Virus record (IMG/VR): IMGVR_UViG_3300012943_000018
Location: 1-41,018 of that record
From: a virus
Lineage: Duplodnaviria; Caudoviricetes
DNA: 41,018 nucleotides
Strand: one strand, 5' to 3'
Shown: piece by piece, positions 34,785-41,018 of the stretch
How the letters are laid out: every line of letters begins with the position of its first letter
How positions within the stretch are numbered: position 1 is the stretch's first letter
Notes under the pieces: generated by a model
Told to the model about the DNA's origin: nothing
What the model saw: only the letters and a program-made list of their open reading frames with translations
Database searches by the model: none
Position numbers and translations under genes: made by a program

Positions 34785-36536
34785 ATGAACATCTTCGCTA
34801 TCCTTCAGCAGGAAATCACCGACTACTTCGGAGCTTCCATCAACATCGCGGAAGGAATAACGTATTCCCAGTACCGGCTCGTGCGCCGCATCTACCTCTT
34901 CAAGAACAAGGTATACCCGCGCGGCAAGATCGACCGTCAGGGCCGCTACAAATACTGGTTCGATATCATCAAGCCTCGCATGGACAACGAGGTGAAGAAC
35001 ATCGACATCGACACGAAGGATATCCTCGTCTTCTCCGATAATCCGGTCGACGACTTCGCGCCGGTCTTCATCTCGAACGCGGCGATGCGCGAGTGGATGT
35101 GGGAGACGGGCCGCGCCGAGGAGATGAATGCGGCCGCAGAGCTCTATTCCGGGGACGGCAACGTGCTCTTCAAGAAGGTGAAGGGAGGCTACCAGACCTG
35201 CGACCCGCTGAACACGTACATCACCATCCAGACCGCCGAATGCGTCGACGATACCGCTGTCATCGAGCGCCACCAGCTCACGCAGTCCGAGATCCGGGCG
35301 AAAGAGGGCGTATGGGACCACGATGCGATAGAGTCCGTCATCAAGAACTGCGGCTCGAAGACGTTCTCGCCGACCATGCGCGCGGGCCTTCGCGATACCA
35401 CGAATCCGTACTACGAGATATTCGAGCGCACCGGGGAAGTCTCGGAGCGTGCGCTGTGGGAAGCCCAGAAGCGCGAGGACTCCGATAAGGGAAGCGAGTC
35501 GAAGTACATCCTCGCGAAGATCATCTGTGCCGGCCTTTCCGATGGCGGCGCGGACGAGAAGTACGTGCTCTATGCCCAGGCGCTTCCGGCCGGCAAGAAG
35601 ATGTCGGACTACTACAAGGAGGCGCACCGCGGCGCGTACAAGGGACGCTGGTGGCGCGAGGGTATGTACGAACTCCTCTTCGATCATCAGGTCCGCGCGA
35701 ACGAGATCGGCAACCAGCTCGCCCAGGGCCTCGAATGGGCATCGAAGACGTTCTTCAAGTCGAACGACGTTCGCACGATCCAGTCGCTCCGTACCGACCT
35801 CATGAACGGCGACATCATCCGTTCTGACGACCTCTCGCAGGTCGAGGTGCGTATGCAGGGACTCGACCAGCTCATCGCCGACTGGAACCGCCTCATGCAG
35901 GATGCCGACAATATCGCGAACTCCTTCGAGGTCATCTCCGGCGAGTCGCTTCCGGCGAACACGCCATTCCGCCTCGGCCAGCTCCTCGACGTGAACGCGA
36001 CGAAGCTCTTCGTCTTTCTCCGCGAGAAGCTCGGCAACGCGTACGCCCGCGTCTTCCGCGAGTGGATTCTTCCCGAGATGGTGAAGGACCTGAAGGGCAA
36101 GGATATCTTCCGTCTCACCGGAAACTCGAACCTCCTGAATATGTTCTACGAGATCGCCGCGCAGAACTGGTACATCGAGAACCTCGTGCAGATCGGGCCG
36201 CATACGCCAGAGACGGCCGAGCTCCTCAAGGCGCAGAAGATCGAGGAGCTGAAGCGTACGGACCCGCTCATCAAGAACTCCCGCGAGATCTGGAACGACG
36301 TTATCCAGCGCCTCTACATCACCATCACCGGCGAGAACACCGACCTTGGCTCGCAACTCGAGACGCTCGCGAACCTGCTTCAGTTCGAGCAGGACCCGGC
36401 TCGCCGCGCGTACGTGATGGATCTCATTTACAAGACTAAGGGCATACCGCTCCCGCCCGCTCCGGTCCAGCCTCCCCAGGCCGCGCCCGCAGCCGCACCG
36501 GGAGGAGCTCCCGTAGCTGAATCAGCCGCCGTATGA
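34785..36536 (+). CDS. Portal protein (putative)
   Basis: 583 aa, helical; GRWWREGMYELLFDHQVRANEIGN and ISGESLPANTP are portal-like segments; no other portal candidate in the genome. Confidence 0.7.
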   Translation: MNIFAILQQEITDYFGASINIAEGITYSQYRLVRRIYLFKNKVYPRGKIDRQGRYKYWFDIIKPRMDNEVKNIDIDTKDILVFSDNPVDDFAPVFISNAAMREWMWETGRAEEMNAAAELYSGDGNVLFKKVKGGYQTCDPLNTYITIQTAECVDDTAVIERHQLTQSEIRAKEGVWDHDAIESVIKNCGSKTFSPTMRAGLRDTTNPYYEIFERTGEVSERALWEAQKREDSDKGSESKYILAKIICAGLSDGGADEKYVLYAQALPAGKKMSDYYKEAHRGAYKGRWWREGMYELLFDHQVRANEIGNQLAQGLEWASKTFFKSNDVRTIQSLRTDLMNGDIIRSDDLSQVEVRMQGLDQLIADWNRLMQDADNIANSFEVISGESLPANTPFRLGQLLDVNATKLFVFLREKLGNAYARVFREWILPEMVKDLKGKDIFRLTGNSNLLNMFYEIAAQNWYIENLVQIGPHTPETAELLKAQKIEELKRTDPLIKNSREIWNDVIQRLYITITGENTDLGSQLETLANLLQFEQDPARRAYVMDLIYKTKGIPLPPAPVQPPQAAPAAAPGGAPVAESAAV

Positions 36537-37909
36537 ACGACTACCTCTTCATAGATACCAACGGGAAGCAGCAGACCGTCACGGCGGGAAGCTCGAGCGA
36601 TGCCCTGCGCCTTGCGCCGAACATCGCGAAGAACTCGGGCGTGCAGCTCGTCACCAAGACGACGCCAGCCGTCCCTGATCCTGTGCCTGCGACCTCGCTC
36701 AAGCCCGTAGCAACGCCGGCGCTCCCGACCCCTACGGCTGACACCGTGCAGGGCGAGTATGTCACGTCCGTCACGCAGAACGTCGACACGCAGCGTACCG
36801 CGCTCGATAAGACGCTCGCGAACCAGAAGGCGGAAGCCGACCGCAAGGCGGCCCTCCTCGATAAGGAGCAGACGCAGATCCTCGACCAGAGCAAGCCGCT
36901 CACGGACCCGTTCCGCCAGAAGCTCGAGACGAGCGAGCGCGACCGCCTCCATATCAACGAGAACTTCGAGGCGAACCAGAAGCTCACGAACGAGCTCGAC
37001 ACGCTCATGACCGAGGGCAATAACCTCATCAAGTACAACCAGGGCCTCCCGGTCTCCCAGCGCATCTCGACCGCGCGCGCGGATAAGGCCATCTCCGACG
37101 TGGCGGCTCGCGCCGGCGTCATCCAGGCCGTCATGAGCGCGCGCAACAACCAGATCGGCGTCGCCGAGACCATGATCGACCGCTCCGTTGCGGCCATCAC
37201 CGCCGACCGCGCCGATAAGCTCGCGTACTACGATACGCTCCTCAAGCTGAACGACGAAAAGAAGCTCGACCTCTCGAACGAATCGAAGCAGATCGCGCAG
37301 CAGCAGGTCGACCTCATGAAGGGCGACCTCGACCGCACCGAGAAGACGGCCGACTACATCAAGGAGCTCATGATCTCTCCGGACCATGCCCAGCTCCTCG
37401 CCGATGCCGGTGTGACGTTGAACGATTCCGTCGAGGAGATCAACAAGAAGCTCTCTGTGGCCACGAAGCGTCAGGCGGTCGTCGACTTCACGAACGAGAT
37501 GAAGCAGGACGGCTATAAGGCGGCCGTAGCAGGCACGCCAGGGGCGCAAGAGTTCGAGGTGGGCGGCGAGAAGGTCTATCTCACCCCTCCGCCTCCTAAG
37601 ACCACAGGAAGCGCCGGAGACGGCATCGTGGTGCGTTCTGGGGCCCTCACGTACACCCGCCAGGACTATGCCGAGGACGCGAACGCGCTCGAGCAGTCGC
37701 GCGGCGACGATGGCTGGGTAGATCCGGGCGTATATCAGCAGCTCTATGAGGCATGGGTCGGCAATGGCGGAGTCATCACGGACTTCATATCGAAGTTCCC
37801 GCCGAAGAGCTACGTCAACCCGGCGAATACGACGCTCCCGCCGGCGCTCCGCAATACGACCGGGGCGAACGCGGCTGACGCCCGCATCGAAGCCCTCATC
37901 AACGGCTAG
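36533..37909 (+). CDS. Putative internal virion/ejection protein
   Basis: 458 aa, Ala/Gln/Thr-rich coiled coil, upstream of the giant ORF. Confidence 0.6.
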   Translation: MNDYLFIDTNGKQQTVTAGSSSDALRLAPNIAKNSGVQLVTKTTPAVPDPVPATSLKPVATPALPTPTADTVQGEYVTSVTQNVDTQRTALDKTLANQKAEADRKAALLDKEQTQILDQSKPLTDPFRQKLETSERDRLHINENFEANQKLTNELDTLMTEGNNLIKYNQGLPVSQRISTARADKAISDVAARAGVIQAVMSARNNQIGVAETMIDRSVAAITADRADKLAYYDTLLKLNDEKKLDLSNESKQIAQQQVDLMKGDLDRTEKTADYIKELMISPDHAQLLADAGVTLNDSVEEINKKLSVATKRQAVVDFTNEMKQDGYKAAVAGTPGAQEFEVGGEKVYLTPPPPKTTGSAGDGIVVRSGALTYTRQDYAEDANALEQSRGDDGWVDPGVYQQLYEAWVGNGGVITDFISKFPPKSYVNPANTTLPPALRNTTGANAADARIEALING

Positions 37910-37911
37910 AT

Positions 37912-40900
37912 ATGGGACTCCTGAATGCGGCCATCGAGGAACAGAAGAAGGCCGGGCTCCTAAGCAAGAGCGCGGGCGATTCTCCTGTGCCCGAGAAGCG
38001 CATCGTGCCGGCTACCATCCAGGCTCCTAAGCAGAACGCCGTCCAGAAGGCAGGATCGAAGCTCTACGGCCTCCTCCCGAACTTCGTGAAGGAGGGCGTC
38101 GATATCGCGCATGACGCGCTCTTCGGCAACGTGAAGGACCGCGCCGTTCTTCAGGATATGGAGAACAAGGGCCAGCCTATCGACTTCGCGACGCGCCTCA
38201 AGGTGGAGGGTTTCCTCCCGTTCCTCGGCAAGCCGGATGAGGAGGTCATCAGCGAGAACGTCCAGCATCTCAAGGATAAGGGCGTCGCCCCAGACCGCGC
38301 GGAGGAGCTCGCGTTCTACGACCATTTCAAGGGCCGCTCCATGCCGGGCCTCCCGGATGAGGCGAAGACGCGCCTCGAGGAGCTTCAGCCGACGAAGGCA
38401 GAATCCCGCGTGCTCGGCATCGCGCGCCTCGGGAACGTCCTCGGCAGCGCGGGCGATGTCGCCGGTGTTCTTCCTGTGGGTTCCATTGCGAAGGTGGGCG
38501 AGAGCCTGACGCCGCGCATCATCATGAGGGCCACAGAAGAGGGAGCCGCGCAGGTGCTTACGAAGGCCGGCGTCGACGAGGCTATCGCGACGCGCTTCGC
38601 TGCGGATGTCGGTCGCGCGAACAGCGCGGAGAAGGCGCAGGTCGTCCTCGACAATATCGTGAAGGCACAGAACGAGGTGAAGGCCGCGACTCCGGAAGCC
38701 ATTCGTTTCACGCGAAACAGCCAGAAGCTCGCGGACCAGATCGTGCAGAAGTTCCCGGATCTCTCGCGCACGTACGCCGATAACCTCGCGGAGAGCGCGG
38801 TCTCCCTCGTGAAAGAGGGCGGCAAGGCCCCGACGGATGCGCTCCGTCTCGTGAACGAGCAAATCTTCAGGCTCCCAGCGAAGGCGGCGAAAACGGTCGC
38901 GAAGGAAGCGCCTGTGCTCGCGAAGACGATAGAGCAAGTCCCGCTCGAGAATCGTATCGGACTCATGGACAGTCACCCGTCCTATACGCCGCGCATGAAC
39001 GCGCTCATCAAGGACGCCCAGGATAAGGGCGAGATGTTCCCATTCTCGAAGTTCACTCCCGAGGAGCAGAAGATCGTCGATGCCGGTTTCAAGGATATGC
39101 TCGACAAGACGCCGGTGAAGGTCCCGAAGGACTTCAAGCCGTACGAGGCGACCGTCACGACCGAGACCGTGGACCCGAAGAAGCTCGCGGACCCGGCGTA
39201 TTTCAAGCAGGTGTACGAGTCGACGTTCGCGGTCGGCGGCGACAAGGGGCTCTATAAGGTCATGACGAAGGAGCTCGTCCCGAAAGGGAAGGAAGCATCC
39301 GGCTACCTGGCCGAGCTGTATAAAAAGGCGAAGGCGACCGTCGCCGAGACCGCGCCTGTGGTCGCTAAAGCCCCAGAGAATCCCGGAATATCAACCAAAG
39401 GAATACAAGAGCTACAACGAGAAGGTAAACCACCAAGTCCGGAACGCGTCGTGGAAGCATTTGATAATAAGTATACCGCAGGCGACGGCGTTCCCCAGAC
39501 CCTCGATGCGGCTATTGAGGATACCGCCATCACCACCCAGGAGCCGACCCTACAGAAGCGCGTGGCGAAGACGCTCAAGGACGGCCTCACCTCGACCATC
39601 GAATATCTTCAGGATGCCGACAAGCGCATCGCGAACCTTCAGCGCGGGAAGATAGTCACGGACGAGTCCGACATCTACCAGAAGCTCACGCTCATGCCGG
39701 GGCGTCTCGGCGATATCGTCGACCGCGGTCGCGGCGTCATCGAGGGCGTATTCAAGGATATGGGCAAGTACGCGAAGGAAGCGAAGATCGAGCTGCCGGA
39801 ACTCCGCAAGGAAGTGAACGACTATCTGTGGACTAAGCACGCCCCGGAGCGCAACGCGGCGCTCGGCGATAAGGCGGCCGGTATCAGCACGGAGGACGCG
39901 GCGAAGCGCCTCAAGGAGATCGAGGCGTCTCCGCATTTCGCGAGGGTCCAGGAGTTCGCGAACAAGCTCGCGGACCTGAACCGCCAGACGCTCGATATGC
40001 TCCATGACTCGGGCGTGGTCAGCGACGAGCTCTACGATACGCTCCGCACGAAGTACAAGAACCATATCCCGCTGAACCGCCTCTTCGAGGATACGAACGA
40101 CGTGGGCGAGATCCTATCCGGACGCGGGCTCGACGTTCGCTCGAGCGGCATCAAGCGCGCCGTAGGTTCCGAGCGCGAGGTCGCCGACATCGTGGAGAAC
40201 ATCCTCGTGAACTACGAGCAGGCGGCCATCCGCAGCGAGAAGAACATCGTCGACCAGGCGACGCTCAAGTTCGTGCGCGACAACCCGGACCCGAAGCTCT
40301 TCGAGATCCGCAAGCCGAAAGCCATCGGCGAAGACTTCGAGGGCAAGCCGCTTATGGAGAAGACGCAGGACCCGCAGATCCTCCAGATGTTCGAGAACGG
40401 CAAGCCTGTGTGGATCGAGATAAAGGACCCGCAGCTCGCCATCGCCATGCGCGGCGTCGGGCGCGAGAAGCTCGGAGCCATCATGAATGCCGTCGCGTCC
40501 TTCACGCGCCTCTACTCGGGGCTCGCGACGCGCTTCAACCCGGAGTTCGCCTTCCCGAACAAGCTCCGCGACCTTCAGGAGGTCATGGTCTACCTGTCCG
40601 CACAGAAGGACGTGAAGGCTAAGGGGGCGCTCAAGGCGGCCCTGCGCGACCCGCAGAGCCTCAAGGCCGTCACGGACGGTCTTCGGGGCGTAGACAGCGA
40701 AGGAGCCCGCCTGTACGCCGAAATGAAGCGCTACGGCGGTACTACGGGCGGCATGGGCCTCTCTACCCGCAAGCGCGTCCAGCTCGATATCCGCGACCTC
40801 GAGAAGCTCGCGACCTCGAAGCCGCGCCAGTTCGCCGAGAAACTCGTCGGATACGTCGACGGTTGGAATACCATCTTCGAGGACTCCTCGCGCCTCTCCG

Positions 40901-41018
40901 TGTACCGCACAGCGATCGAGCAGGGCCTCTCTAAGGACCGCGCGGCCGCGCTCGCGAAGGAGGCGTCGGTGAACTTCAACCGCATGGGCAAAGGCGGCCC
41001 GGTCATCAACGGCCTCTA
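37912..41018 (+). CDS. N-terminal part of the giant internal virion/ejection protein (about 1418 aa, ending at 1273 across the junction)
   Basis: ATG at 37912 (MGLLNAAIEEQKK...); the frame appears open to the window end and joins the ORF ending at 1273; absent from the ORF track because it has no stop in the window. Confidence 0.85.
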   Translation, partial: MGLLNAAIEEQKKAGLLSKSAGDSPVPEKRIVPATIQAPKQNAVQKAGSKLYGLLPNFVKEGVDIAHDALFGNVKDRAVLQDMENKGQPIDFATRLKVEGFLPFLGKPDEEVISENVQHLKDKGVAPDRAEELAFYDHFKGRSMPGLPDEAKTRLEELQPTKAESRVLGIARLGNVLGSAGDVAGVLPVGSIAKVGESLTPRIIMRATEEGAAQVLTKAGVDEAIATRFAADVGRANSAEKAQVVLDNIVKAQNEVKAATPEAIRFTRNSQKLADQIVQKFPDLSRTYADNLAESAVSLVKEGGKAPTDALRLVNEQIFRLPAKAAKTVAKEAPVLAKTIEQVPLENRIGLMDSHPSYTPRMNALIKDAQDKGEMFPFSKFTPEEQKIVDAGFKDMLDKTPVKVPKDFKPYEATVTTETVDPKKLADPAYFKQVYESTFAVGGDKGLYKVMTKELVPKGKEASGYLAELYKKAKATVAETAPVVAKAPENPGISTKGIQELQREGKPPSPERVVEAFDNKYTAGDGVPQTLDAAIEDTAITTQEPTLQKRVAKTLKDGLTSTIEYLQDADKRIANLQRGKIVTDESDIYQKLTLMPGRLGDIVDRGRGVIEGVFKDMGKYAKEAKIELPELRKEVNDYLWTKHAPERNAALGDKAAGISTEDAAKRLKEIEASPHFARVQEFANKLADLNRQTLDMLHDSGVVSDELYDTLRTKYKNHIPLNRLFEDTNDVGEILSGRGLDVRSSGIKRAVGSEREVADIVENILVNYEQAAIRSEKNIVDQATLKFVRDNPDPKLFEIRKPKAIGEDFEGKPLMEKTQDPQILQMFENGKPVWIEIKDPQLAIAMRGVGREKLGAIMNAVASFTRLYSGLATRFNPEFAFPNKLRDLQEVMVYLSAQKDVKAKGALKAALRDPQSLKAVTDGLRGVDSEGARLYAEMKRYGGTTGGMGLSTRKRVQLDIRDLEKLATSKPRQFAEKLVGYVDGWNTIFEDSSRLSVYRTAIEQGLSKDRAAALAKEASVNFNRMGKGGPVINGL
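39365..39460 (-). CDS. Nested antisense 31-aa single-transmembrane peptide
   Basis: MLPRRVPDLVVYLLVVALVFLWLIFRDSLGL; TATACT (39470-39475) 9 nt upstream; local drop in GC within the host gene. Confidence 0.6.
   Translation of the reverse strand: MLPRRVPDLVVYLLVVALVFLWLIFRDSLGL
40896..41018. repeat. Terminal direct repeat (copy of 1-123)
   Basis: Exact match to 1-123. Confidence 0.95.

Noticed and set aside
34761-38976. Long antisense ORFs (for example 34761-36356, 36428-37549, 37960-38976) and similar ones elsewhere
   Set aside because: These are shadow frames expected from high GC and strong codon bias, with no motifs or expression signals
40896-41018. 123-bp terminal repeat as a biological DTR
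   Set aside because: It falls mid-gene with the frame continuing through it, which is best explained as assembler overlap of a circular or permuted genome

Overview
This window is a complete, circularly closed tailed-phage genome of about 40,895 bp; bases 1-123 are repeated exactly at 40896-41018. It has a podovirus-like gene set: TerS/TerL, scaffold, P22-coat-like capsid, adaptor, nozzle, portal, two probable ejection proteins, a collagen fibre and no tape measure. A minus-strand early/replication arm (4271-20707) carries an NrS-1-type primase/VirE helicase, an SF2 helicase, nucleases, a HerA-like ATPase, two DNA methyltransferases and two HNH endonucleases. A plus-strand late arm (20814 through the junction to 4335) diverges from it at a control region near 20.7-20.8 kb. 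I found no integrase, tRNA, CRISPR array or reverse transcriptase. Most genes lack a Shine-Dalgarno (SD) sequence and many appear leaderless, which suggests a Patescibacteria/CPR-like host (inference). The most notable signals are: (1) a counter-oriented mini-cassette whose small ORF ends in a 17-nt perfect complement of the usual 16S rRNA 3' end, followed by a terminator; (2) an asymmetric TGACGGAAG operator at five promoter regions, fused to a DnaA box at three of them; (3) a Dam-like methyltransferase frameshifted at a G9 tract; (4) a 31-aa membrane peptide gene nested antisense inside the giant ejection-protein gene; (5) glycosyltransferases alongside Thr-rich collagen virion proteins; (6) a 35-aa hyper-acidic peptide flanked by structured RNA. 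Product calls come from motif recognition by eye; no database searches were run.
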